DNA of 64,000 nt from an uncultured Acidobacteriota bacterium (GTDB lineage: Bacteria; Acidobacteriota; UBA6911; RPQK01; JAPXNP01), in contig CAVZRV010000035.1 in assembly GCA_963777605.1 (NCBI GenBank), positions 128,001 through 192,000 on the forward strand, given 5' to 3'. Shown piece by piece: positions 9,832 to 19,491 of this stretch. Numbering within the stretch: the stretch's first letter is position 1; the number at the start of each line of letters is the position of its first letter. The notes under the pieces are model-generated. The model saw only the letters and a list, made by a program, of their open reading frames with translations, was not told where the DNA came from and did no database searches. A program made the translations under genes and the position numbers.

Positions 9832-11730
9832 ACAGGATACTGACTACCGCGCTTTTGACCACACTCCTGACCGGTGCCGCGCTGTTGGGACAGAATCTCG
9901 GTGACCAGGCGACCGCGGGTTTTAACGACTCGCGCACCTACCTCAATTCGGACGCCGGGGACTTCAAGCCTCCGCTCGAACTGAACCGGACCTTGAGCCT
10001 TCCGGAAGGGACGACGGCTCAAACCCTGTCGGTCTTCGAGGACTACGTGCTGATCGGCCAGGGGGGAGAGGCGGCGCACTACTCCTTGCTCGACAGCGAG
10101 ACGGGCGCGGAGGTCTGGAGATTCGATCTTCCAACCAATACCCCCGACACCCTCGATTACGTCCCGGCCATCAACGGAGACATCGTACTGCTGGGCGGGT
10201 CCACGAGCACGTCGGTGACGGCGGTTGAGGTCTCGACTGGAAACCTCCTCTGGCAGGACAACCGGGTTGGATCTTCGGACGGGCGCGGCACCGCTGCTCC
10301 TGGATGACTTGGCCCTGTATTCCGGTGAATGGGGCGTGGTTGCCGCCCGCCCCTGTGACGGGGCGGTCGTCTGGCAGTATCCGCCGAGTGCTGAAGTGGG
10401 AAGCATCCATCTGGCCAAGGCTCCCCTATCGAGAATTGGGAGCCGGGTCTATCTACTCACAGACGAGGGAAGCCTCACCGCACTCGATCTCCTGACGGGT
10501 GTACCGATCTGGTCGGCCCCTGAAATCGGCTCGGACGGCTCGAACATCATCGCCACCCGCAAGTTCGTCTACGTCAGCAATCAGTCCGAGGGGCGAGTAA
10601 ACGCGATCCGAACCAGCGATGGGTCGGTTGCATGGAGCGTCGAATTCGCTATCCCGTTCGCCGGTCACTCGACCTTCGGCAATCCAGGAATCGCGTTGGC
10701 CTACGATCAACTCTTTGTCTTCTATAGCACCCCGTTGTTCAGCAGCACCCTGGAGAATCGAGTGGCAGCACTCGCTCCCGAGACGGGAGACCTGCTCTGG
10801 GAGAGGATTGATTACAGATACGTGCAGCTAGATCTCGGCCCCCCTCCTCTCCCCCATCCTCCCCAGTTTGGTCAAATCGCAAATAGGGCTGTGTACTTCT
10901 ACAATTACTGGGCAGAAGACGGCGTTCGCACCCTGGATGCCTTCACCGGAAACGTGCACTGGAACTCGTCGCAGAGCGGCGCCGTGCAGAGTCTGGCGGT
11001 CGTGAAGGATACCCTCTACGTCCTTTTTGAGAACGAGCTGAATATCTATCGTCCTGCGAACACGATCTACCTCCCGCAATTTGCCGACGGCATGGGGGCC
11101 TCGACGCTGATTACCCTTGCCAACCTGACCAACGACCAGGCGACAGGGACTGTCGAGTTCTTGGACGATGACGGAAATCCTGCCGCTGTCGAGGTGGAAG
11201 GTTCCGTGGGAGCGGTATCCAGCCTGGACTTTGTACTCGAACGGTACGGGAGCCTGGCAATTCAGACGGCAGGAGCAGCGAACCCTCTTGTCACAGGTTG
11301 GGCTCGCGTGACCGCATCCCGGCCGATTCGGGGAACGGCCGTCTACCAGGTCCGTGAGTCCGACGACATCCTCTTCGAGGCCGGAGTCGGGGACGCGCAG
11401 CCGACGGGGTTGGCGAACGTCTTCGTCTCGACTCGTTCCTCAGCTGCCGGAGACAGGATTAGCACTGGAATTGCGATCGCGAATCCACTGAATGAGCGGG
11501 CGACCGTTGACCTGATATTTCCGGCCGGACCGATGGTGCACCTCGACGCTTCCATTACACTGGAACCCGGTCAGCATGTGGCCAAATTCATCGACGAGCT
11601 GTTTCCGGATCTGGCCAACACTGACGTTACCGGGACGCTGATCATCTCCTCTGAAGTACCGGTGGTCGTCACGGCATTGCGAACTCAAAACGGCTACCCC
11701 ATGTCGAGTTATCCGGTCGGAATCCCATGA
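9828..11730 (+). CDS. Secreted paralogue P5: PQQ-type (BamB-like) beta-propeller plus shared module, frameshift near 10288
   Basis: ATGA coupling to P4; repeats LDSETGAEVW, ALDLLTGVPIW and LDAFTGNVHW; C-terminal PQFADG, GWARV, EAGV and PGQHVAKFIDELFP. Confidence 0.82.
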
Positions 11731-11907
11731 TCCTCGATACTGCCTTTCACGATGGTGGCTCCGCTCCCGTCTCTGGGCGGCCCTACTGGTAATGGCCCAA
11801 CGATCGATGATCAGCTGGTTGATGCAGAAAAGAGACTCTCTCCGGGGAGCCAAGGGACAATTGGTAGCGAGCGCTGATCTGGGAGATTGAGCCAGGAGAA
11901 AAGAGAA

Positions 11908-12999
11908 ATGACTAATCACTGCCGAAGGACTTCTCGACGCCCGACTCGGAAGCGGGCACCCGCATGTCAGTACACTTTGCGGAGTCACCCTGTCAGAGCG
12001 CCCTTGCCGATTTTGGTTCTGTTCGTCACGCTGTTCTGTGTGGCCCTGTTATCCGGCCAAGATCGGCTCAACGATTTTGACAGGGTCCTGCCTCAGGTCG
12101 CCAAAGGCGGAAGCGACCCGAGCATCGAGACGACTCTCCAGGTAATTAACCCGAACGAAGAAGCCGTTTCAATTGACGTAACCAGTACAGACGAGGAATT
12201 GCTCCCCTCTACCTCCTTCGAATTGGGACCTCTCGCAACCAAGACCATCATTCTCAGTGGTGGCGAACTGCGAAAGGGCTCAATCCGGATCCACTGTACC
12301 AAGGCCCTTTCCGTCTCCGCTCTCATGGTTACCAGGCAGGAAGGCGAGATCCTCTCCCAGCTCAGCCTGCCGGCGGAGCCTCTCGAAGCGGGCGCCGTCA
12401 TCCCGGTGCTCTACCGCTCAGACCAGGTCGAAAACACCGGGCTGGCAGTCTTTTTCAATACGGGTGGACAATATCGCCTCAGGCTTTACGACGAGGACGG
12501 AACCCGACTGGCGGAACGAACGATCCTTCTGAGAAGCCCGTCCGATCCCCGCCATCTGGCCCAGTTCGCGGACGAGTTGTTCGACATCAATGTCCTTCCC
12601 GGCGGATTTCAGGGCTGGATCCACATGATCGCTTACGATTGGCAAGCCCGTGGCTTCTCGGCTACGGCGGTCTATACCAAAGGAACACAGTTCTGGCGGG
12701 CGCAAGTCTCGCGTACGAATCGCCCGGGGACCTATCGGCTGACTACGACAACCGGCTCCGAGGCGTTGTTCGAGGAACTACGCGACGAGTACGGGTTCAA
12801 TTCCGTAATCGAAGCCCTTGATTACTGGACGATCAGTTGCCCGGACTCGGTGGCAGAAGCACTCGAACGCGACCCGCGCGTGGCCCAGGTCGAGCCCTCC
12901 TCGAATCCACTCAACGTGTCCGCCGGAGAGGACGGCGGGCCAGTTCAAGTAGAAGGAATGGCAATAGCGAAGGGCCGGGCTGGATTCGTCCCAGTCTAA
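11908..12999 (+). CDS. Secreted paralogue P6: shared module plus I9-propeptide-like segment (start uncertain)
   Basis: Hydrophobic signal; LPQVAKGG, NTGLAV and HLAQFADELF; C-terminal AEALERDPRVAQVEP. Confidence 0.8.
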   Translation: MTNHCRRTSRRPTRKRAPACQYTLRSHPVRAPLPILVLFVTLFCVALLSGQDRLNDFDRVLPQVAKGGSDPSIETTLQVINPNEEAVSIDVTSTDEELLPSTSFELGPLATKTIILSGGELRKGSIRIHCTKALSVSALMVTRQEGEILSQLSLPAEPLEAGAVIPVLYRSDQVENTGLAVFFNTGGQYRLRLYDEDGTRLAERTILLRSPSDPRHLAQFADELFDINVLPGGFQGWIHMIAYDWQARGFSATAVYTKGTQFWRAQVSRTNRPGTYRLTTTTGSEALFEELRDEYGFNSVIEALDYWTISCPDSVAEALERDPRVAQVEPSSNPLNVSAGEDGGPVQVEGMAIAKGRAGFVPV

Positions 13000-13093
13000 T
13001 TCCGGTCCAGATCCCACCTGGTCGCGTCGGTTGGGAAGCGGAGAACCCCTTCTCTGCTTCTTACTCGGTCACACCGGTTCGGTGTCGCGCTAG

Positions 13094-13320
13094 CCCGCAT
13101 TTCTCAAGAATGACGCAAAAAAGGGCAGCCCTCTCTGATATAAGTCTTTTTGCTACAAGGATTTAGATCAGAAGAGGAAGCCGCCCTTATGAGTTCAGAG
13201 TGTAATCCCAACCGAGTCCATTTACAAGGTCCGAATCGACGCCAGATCACTGCCCAGTTCAACGGTGGAAGCATCGTCTCAGACGGGGGCGTTCTCCTGC
13301 TGGCCGAGACGGATCGCCGC
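13094..13320 (+). mobile_element. IS1380-family remnant (left end plus transposase N-terminus)
   Basis: End sequence CCCGCATTTCTCA after CTAG; MSSECNP...RRQITAQFNGGSIVSDGGVLLLAETDRR matches the IS1380 transposase N-terminus, then breaks off. Confidence 0.75.
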
Positions 13321-13488
13321 AGCCTGGAGTAATGACTTGGTGACGGCTTCATCGAGGTAAGCCTCCCCGCAGTTATCACAAACCTCGGCTGGAACACCTC
13401 TGAACACGATCACCGTCTCGTCCCGCTCGAGAGTCACCGTCGTCTTTCCGGCAGCCCTATTCCCTCGTTTGCAGATTACGCACTTCAT
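13279..13488 (-). pseudogene. YgiT/MqsA-type zinc-finger antitoxin, 3' end replaced by the IS1380 remnant
   Basis: MKCVICK...VPAEVCDNCGEAY; no upstream toxin gene. Confidence 0.75.
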
Positions 13489-13546
13489 CGTCGTCTCCCA
13501 AGAGTATCTCCTGGCAGTCTACGAAAGGCGAGTTCCGCAAGGTTAG

Positions 13547-13570
13547 GGTGTGCCGGTAGGTGTGCCAGTT
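13547..13570 (+). repeat. Direct repeats GGTGTGCCRGT x2 (putative integrase arm-type sites)
   Basis: 12-bp period, about 110 bp inside the tRNA-fragment att site. Confidence 0.5.
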
Positions 13571-13676
13571 TTTGTTGCGGGGTTGTGTCGTCGCATGTCA
13601 CCCCCTGTCGGTCTTGGTCGTTAGTAAGTTGTTGTGATTACTTCGTTTGCCCAGCTTTTTCGGACTCTTGCAGCTT

Positions 13677-13723
13677 GCCTGTCACGCCGGAGGTCGCGAG
13701 TTCGAGTCTCGTCGACCCCGCCA
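13677..13723 (+). mobile_element. att site: 3' half of tRNA-Asp(GTC)
   Basis: GCCTGTCACGCCGGAGGTCGCGAGTTCGAGTCTCGTCGACCCCGCCA gives the anticodon loop, T-arm, 3' acceptor strand and CCA. The 5' acceptor strand and D-arm are absent and the anticodon 5' stem is broken. Confidence 0.85.
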
Positions 13724-14201
13724 TTTCTTTTCAGGTCCCTAACCTCAATGCCAGTTTTCTCCCTTTTCAGACGCGAAACAGGTTCGCCGGTTTCCCGGGA
13801 GCAGGGCACCCGCATACTTCGAGCTCAACTCATTCGAGAACTCGTCCATGCCTGCGGGTACTGCAGTGTGCGTCGCGAGGACTTTGCTGCAGGCACTCAG
13901 TTCCGTGGCCTCTGCAGTTGATAGTCCGGAATCCTGAAGAACAACAGGGCAAGAGTGTCAAGTTGCGAGCTCCGTTTGATCTGGCAATGTCGATACATTA
14001 AAATCCAGCCAGTTGTGCTCCGCGGATCCCTGCGGGGAGGGTCGGTACAGTGATTCGCCTTTCCGGCCTGTACGGCAGAACATATAGATCAGGGCGGCAT
14101 CACGAGAATCTGGGTCCAACCCATTGGAGTAGCGGTGGGTGAGACCCTCCGATTCAGTTCCACTTGCCAATTCACATTACGAATTCGGAGGTAGCGTCGG
14201 T

Positions 14202-15635
14202 TTGAGCTTTCGTAGGTACGATCCCGGTGAGTTTTACGATGAACTCTTCGAATCGGTCGGTCGCCCCCGGCCAGGGGCGCGCATCCTGATCGATAAGTTC
14301 GAGAGACTGACTCAAGACGAACTCCGACTGAAACAGCAGGCCGCCGAGTTGGCTTTGCTGAACATGGGGATCACGTTCAACGTTTACGGGGATGCGGCCG
14401 GAGTCGAGAAGATATTTCCTTTCGACATCGTTCCGCGGATCCTGGAGAGGCCGGACTGGGAATTCATCGAGACCGGGCTCCGACAACGTATTACCGCCCT
14501 CAATCTGTTTCTGGACGACCTCTACCACGACCAGAAAATCATCAAAGACGGCGTCATCCCCAGGTTTGTCGTAGAGTCCTCGAAGGGACTGCTCGAAGCG
14601 TGCGCAGGCCTCAACCCTCCAGATGGCATCTGGTGCCACATCGCGGGAATAGACCTGGTCCGCGACGAGAGCGGCCAATTCCTCGTTCTGGAAGACAATC
14701 TTCGCTGTCCAAGCGGCGTTTCCTACGTTCTCGAGAACCGCCAGGTCCTCAAGCGGACGTTCCCGACGGTGTTCCATGAGTCCAAAGTGCGGCCCGTTGA
14801 TGAATATCCCGCACGTTTGCTCGACTGCCTGATGTCGATCGCACCGGAGCGACCCCAGAGGCCGACGGTAGTCGTATTGACTCCCGGAATCTACAATGCG
14901 GCCTACTTCGAGCACTCCTTTTTGGCGCAGCAGATGGGTGTCGAACTCGTCGAGGGCCGTGACCTGGTCGTGGATAACGGGCAGGTCTGGATGAGAACGA
15001 CCCGAGGCCTGCAGCGCGTTGACGTCATCTACCGGCGAATCGATGACGAATTTCTCGATCCGACCACGTTTCGGTCTGATTCGATGCTGGGCGTCCCCAA
15101 CTTGATGGAAGTCTACCGGAACGGGAGAGTGGCCATCGCCAATGCACCCGGCACCGGAGTGGCCGACGACAAGGTGGTCTATGCCTACGTGCCCGAAATC
15201 GTGAAGTACTACGTTGATGAGGACATCATTCTCCCAAACGTCCCGACCTTCCTCTGCTGGGAGGATTCACAACGGAAGCACGTCCTCCAAAACCTGGAGA
15301 AACTCGTTGTCAAAGCGGCCAACGAGTCCGGAGGGTATGGGATGCTGATCGGACCCCACTCGACCCGGGAACAGAGGGACGAGTTCAAGGGCAGGATTGA
15401 GGCCAATCCCCGCAACTACATCGCGCAGCCCACGATCGGCCTGTCAAGGGCACCCGTCCTGGTAGGGGAGCACTTCGAAGGCAGGCATGTCGATCTCAGA
15501 CCCTACGTTCTCTTCGGAAAAGAGGTCTACATACTGCCAGGAGGTCTGACTCGGGTCGCCCTGAAGAAAGGTTCCCTTGTGGTCAATTCCTCGCAGGGTG
15601 GCGGGAGCAAGGACACTTGGGTTTTGAGGGACTGA
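14202..15635 (+). CDS. Circularly permuted type 2 ATP-grasp protein (DUF404/DUF407)
   Basis: GITFNVYG, PFDIVPR, LEDNLRCPSGVSY, YRRIDD, ANAPGTGVADDK and VVNSSQGGGSKDTWVL; GGAGG RBS before TTG 14202. Confidence 0.95.
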   Translation: MSFRRYDPGEFYDELFESVGRPRPGARILIDKFERLTQDELRLKQQAAELALLNMGITFNVYGDAAGVEKIFPFDIVPRILERPDWEFIETGLRQRITALNLFLDDLYHDQKIIKDGVIPRFVVESSKGLLEACAGLNPPDGIWCHIAGIDLVRDESGQFLVLEDNLRCPSGVSYVLENRQVLKRTFPTVFHESKVRPVDEYPARLLDCLMSIAPERPQRPTVVVLTPGIYNAAYFEHSFLAQQMGVELVEGRDLVVDNGQVWMRTTRGLQRVDVIYRRIDDEFLDPTTFRSDSMLGVPNLMEVYRNGRVAIANAPGTGVADDKVVYAYVPEIVKYYVDEDIILPNVPTFLCWEDSQRKHVLQNLEKLVVKAANESGGYGMLIGPHSTREQRDEFKGRIEANPRNYIAQPTIGLSRAPVLVGEHFEGRHVDLRPYVLFGKEVYILPGGLTRVALKKGSLVVNSSQGGGSKDTWVLRD

Positions 15636-15719
15636 AAGTGTCGCCGACGGACCAGCGGCCGGCAGTCCCGAATCAACCTGAGGGTCGGGCCGCGGATTCG
15701 ATCACTGATTGAAGGAGTT

Positions 15720-16679
15720 ATGCTAAGTCGAGCAGCGGATGCGATTTACTGGATGAATCGGTATGTGGAACGGGCGGAGAATGCCGCTCGCTTCATGGAA
15801 GTCAACCATCACCTTATGCTGGATCTTGCTGCTGTCGGCGAGGAACAGTGGGAACCGCTGGTGACGGCCGTGGGCGCCCGCGAACTGTTCTTCCGCAGTT
15901 TCGAGTCTGCAAGCCAGGAAAACGTGATCCAGTTTCTAACCTTCGACGACCGCAACCCCAACTCAATCGCCTCTTGCCTGTACAAAGCCCGGGAGAATGC
16001 ACGTTCCATTCGCGAGATCATCTCCTCGGAGATGTGGGAGCAGGTCAATCGCTTCTATCACATCGTCAGAGAAGGATCTCTCCCGAAAGTGCTCGAGTCG
16101 CCTCATCCTTTCTTCACCAGAATCAAGGTGAACTCGCACCTGCTTTACGGCATCACCGACGCGACCATGTCTCACAACGAGGCGTGGCAGTTCGGCCGCT
16201 TGGGTCGCTGCCTGGAGCGTGCTGATCAGACGTCTCGAATTCTGGATGTCAAGTATTTCATCCTCCTCCCGAATGTCGCCGATGTGGGAACGCATTTCGA
16301 CAAGATTCAGTGGTCGGCCCTTCTGAAATCTGCCAGTGCCCTGGAAATGTATCGAAAGCGCTATGGTCAGATCTCTCCCGAACAAGTGGCTGAATTCCTG
16401 ATTCTCGATCGCGCGTTCCCGCGGTCAATCCATTTCTCACTGATTGAGGCCGATAAATGCCTCCGCAACATAGGCGGGTCGAACGAGGGCACTTTCACGA
16501 ATGCTGCTGAGAAGGAGCTGGGCAGACTCCGGGCGGATCTCGGCTATCGTCAGATCGAGGACATCATGGCTTCGGGACTTCACCAGTTCCTTGACTCGCT
16601 TCAGGTCCGCCTGATCGCGGTGGGGGGCGCCATTGCATCAACCTTTCTTAATCTGCATACTGTCTCCGACAGATCCTGA
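15720..16679 (+). CDS. Alpha-E domain protein (DUF403)
   Basis: MLSRAADAIYWMNRYVERAEN, ARENARSIREIISSEMWE, LERADQTSRILDVKY and FPRSI. Confidence 0.95.
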   Translation: MLSRAADAIYWMNRYVERAENAARFMEVNHHLMLDLAAVGEEQWEPLVTAVGARELFFRSFESASQENVIQFLTFDDRNPNSIASCLYKARENARSIREIISSEMWEQVNRFYHIVREGSLPKVLESPHPFFTRIKVNSHLLYGITDATMSHNEAWQFGRLGRCLERADQTSRILDVKYFILLPNVADVGTHFDKIQWSALLKSASALEMYRKRYGQISPEQVAEFLILDRAFPRSIHFSLIEADKCLRNIGGSNEGTFTNAAEKELGRLRADLGYRQIEDIMASGLHQFLDSLQVRLIAVGGAIASTFLNLHTVSDRS

Positions 16680-16691
16680 GGACTTTGGGAC

Positions 16692-17453
16692 ATGAGCTTT
16701 TGTCTGGGGATGAAGGTAGCGGACGGACTGGTAGCGATCGCCGACACTCGGGTGACGACCGGGACTGAGCGCATTACCGCGCGAAAAGTGACGATCCATC
16801 AACATCGCCAGCACTCAATGTTCTTGATGACGTCCGGCCTTCGGTCGGTAAGGGACAAGGCATTGACCTATTTTGAAGAGGTCATCGATCAGAGCGATGA
16901 ATCTTTCGATCGGTTGTACAAGGCGGTCAACGCCTTCTCGTCCCAGATCCGGAGGGTCGCAAAGGAAGACAAGCGAGCCATTGAGGAGGGCGGACTGAGA
17001 TTCAACCTGCATGCCCTGGTTGGAGGACAACTGGAGAATGACGCGGAGCACAAGCTCTATCTCATTTACCCTCAGGCCAACTGGGTCGAAGTCGGGCAGG
17101 GCAGCCCTTACGTGATCATCGGCGAGACCGGCTACGGGAAACCCCTGCTGGACCGTGTGCTTCGATACGATACTCAGCTTGAAACCGCGCTCAAGGTCGG
17201 ATATCTCGCGTTTGACGCCACCCGGACCAGTGCTACCGATGTCGATTTCCCCCTCGATATCGTTCTCTATCGGGCAGGGACATTCATTATGGCTGAGCAG
17301 CGTTACACGGCCGAGGAATTGATGCCGACGTCTGACTGGTGGCAGAAAAACATGCAGAAGATCGTGGCCGAAGCTCCGGCAGAGTGGATGCAGAAAGCGC
17401 TTGACCGCCTCGAAAAGGGACAGGCCATGTCCGCCGTTGCATCTGTTCGATGA
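16692..17453 (+). CDS. Proteasome-type Ntn peptidase (Anbu-like)
   Basis: MSFCLG...GLVAIADTR, LYLIYPQANW and IGETGYGKPLLDR; canonical operon position. Confidence 0.88.
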   Translation: MSFCLGMKVADGLVAIADTRVTTGTERITARKVTIHQHRQHSMFLMTSGLRSVRDKALTYFEEVIDQSDESFDRLYKAVNAFSSQIRRVAKEDKRAIEEGGLRFNLHALVGGQLENDAEHKLYLIYPQANWVEVGQGSPYVIIGETGYGKPLLDRVLRYDTQLETALKVGYLAFDATRTSATDVDFPLDIVLYRAGTFIMAEQRYTAEELMPTSDWWQKNMQKIVAEAPAEWMQKALDRLEKGQAMSAVASVR

Positions 17454-18284
17454 ACATTATTGTTGAGCACGTTCTCGAATATCGGTACAGCGAACCGGTT
17501 TGGCTCGATCCCACGGTGGTGCGGCTATGCCCACTGTCCAACTCCTTGCAACAGGTCGAGGCTTATCAACTCGACGTCATCCCCGAGCCGGTGGACTCAT
17601 CTTTCTTCGTCGATGCGGCGGGCAATAACGCCCAGAGACTCTGGTTTTCCGGGCTGCACACGAACCTGAAGTTGACGGCCCGGATCAGCGCCAGGACCAG
17701 TCTCGGGAACCCTTTCGGGTTTCTCCTGGAACCCGGAGCCGATTCGATTCCCTTCGCATATTCCGAGGGCGAAGATCGCCTGCTCCAACCCTACACTATG
17801 TCTACTACAGCCTCAGCGGTGAGGCGACTAGCCCAGCGAGCGGTCGACGAATCCAGTGGTCAAACAGTGCCGTTCCTGGTTCGTCTGTGTGAAATCATCC
17901 ACCAGGAAGTCCGCCTCCGCCGGCGCCCTCGAGGCGACCCTCGCCGCCCCGAGCAAACTCTCCTGCAGAAGGACGGTGCCTGTCGCGATCTCGCTGTCCT
18001 TTTTGCCCACGCGTGCAGGTCGGTCGGAATTGCCGCCCGATTTGTGAGTGGATACGCTTTCCAGCCGGAACTTTCGGTCCCTGAGTTGCACGCCTGGTGC
18101 GAAGTCTACCTGCCTGGGGCCGGCTGGAGGGGATTTGACCCGTCCAGCGGTCTCGCCATCGATTCAACATATCTCGCGCTGGCCACAGGTCCGACCCACG
18201 ACGAAGCCCGTCCTGCTTGCGGAAGCTTTCGAGGTAGCCGCGGTATCGAGGCTCAAGACCCAGCTTCGCATTGACGTGACTTAA
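17450..18284 (+). CDS. Transglutaminase-like protein (probable frameshift near 18236)
   Basis: GACRDLA...GIAARFVSGY, LHAWCEVYLPGAGWRGFDPS (Cys-His-Asp triad); C-terminus continues as AVSRLKTQLRIDVT in another frame. Confidence 0.92.
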
Positions 18285-19156
18285 GACTTAGGTCGAGCCA
18301 GGGCGAGCGCCTGCTCCCAGACCCGGTCCTCCACATTCTCCAGAAAGAGCTGCAGATGGGGGTAGGGAATCTCAATGCCGGCCTCATCGAGTGCCAATTT
18401 GCTGGCCTCAATCACGCGAAAGTAAACCGGCTGCTCCCGAGACGCATCCTTGATCCAGACACGCACGTCCAGATTGACACTGGAAGAATCCAGTTCGGTG
18501 ACCACGACGTCCGGCTCTGGCTTCTGCAGGACATCCTGAAGGTCCCTGACCGACCGGAGGATCACTTCCCGGGCCTGAGCGACCTTCTCCTTGTATGCGA
18601 TTCCGACGGGCACGTCGATCCTGGTCACCCCTTCCTTGGAGTGGTTCACCAAAACGGAGTCGATGATCGTCCGGTTGGGAATTACCACGTAGGTGTTCCG
18701 GTTTGTCCGGATTCTGGTTGATCGCATGGTGATGTGGTTCACCTCCCCGTATCGGTCAGCGACGGTCACCCACTCGCCGACCTGGAACGGCTTGTCAATG
18801 AAGATCAGGAATCCCGCAATGATGTTTGCCAGCGAATCCTGGGCGGCGAATCCGATTGCGATTCCAGCCACGCCGATCCCGGCCAGAGCCGCCCCGACAT
18901 TGATCCCGATCTGATCGGCGGCCATCACAAGACCAAAGATGAAAACAGTCAGGCGGTAGACATTGTCCACCAGCATGCCGACGACCGTTTTGTGTAAACC
19001 GGCACGCTCGAGAACCGCCTGAAGTGGGACCCGCGTCACGCGGTAGACGGCCCAGAAGAGTGCCAGAATGAACAAAGCAGCGATCAAGTCTGGAATGAAC
19101 CCCACGGCTCGGGTGACAAGCACTCCAATGTCCAGCTTTTCGAACAAGTCATTCAT
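18281..19156 (-). CDS. mscS: Small-conductance mechanosensitive channel
   Basis: AIGFAAQDSLANIIAG, KPFQVGEWV, IPNR and GIEIPYP. Confidence 0.92.
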   Translation of the reverse strand: MNDLFEKLDIGVLVTRAVGFIPDLIAALFILALFWAVYRVTRVPLQAVLERAGLHKTVVGMLVDNVYRLTVFIFGLVMAADQIGINVGAALAGIGVAGIAIGFAAQDSLANIIAGFLIFIDKPFQVGEWVTVADRYGEVNHITMRSTRIRTNRNTYVVIPNRTIIDSVLVNHSKEGVTRIDVPVGIAYKEKVAQAREVILRSVRDLQDVLQKPEPDVVVTELDSSSVNLDVRVWIKDASREQPVYFRVIEASKLALDEAGIEIPYPHLQLFLENVEDRVWEQALALARPKS

Positions 19157-19491
19157 CAATGCCTCCTGAATCATTCCGGCTCGTTGGCAGGGTCGGGTAT
19201 TTGCGTGCCTCAACGGAAATCATGGGACTGGTCTCGTCTGAGATTGAGACTCGAAGGGAGCGATTCCCTGACCGTCCGCGGGTTTCCCAAACCAGTGCCT
19301 GGCGCGGGCGCAACTCTGATCTGTGCCAATGCCCCGTTCCCACATGCCCCATGCACTCGGGGCGTGCACGTGCCGAATATCATAACCTATAAGATGGGAC
19401 CACAGAGAACTCAGATGCACGGGCCGGAGCGGCGACTCTGGGAAGCAGACGTCGGGCTGGTGGCAAGAAAACAGGAGAGGAGATCAAGGCG

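Noticed and set aside
4575-12999. Integron cassette array or DGR target set
   Set aside because: No attC-like sites seen between genes, some genes are coupled, and no reverse transcriptase or near-identical TR/VR pair was seen.
13650-13723. Functional tRNA-Asp gene
   Set aside because: The 5' acceptor strand and D-arm are missing; called as an att fragment instead.
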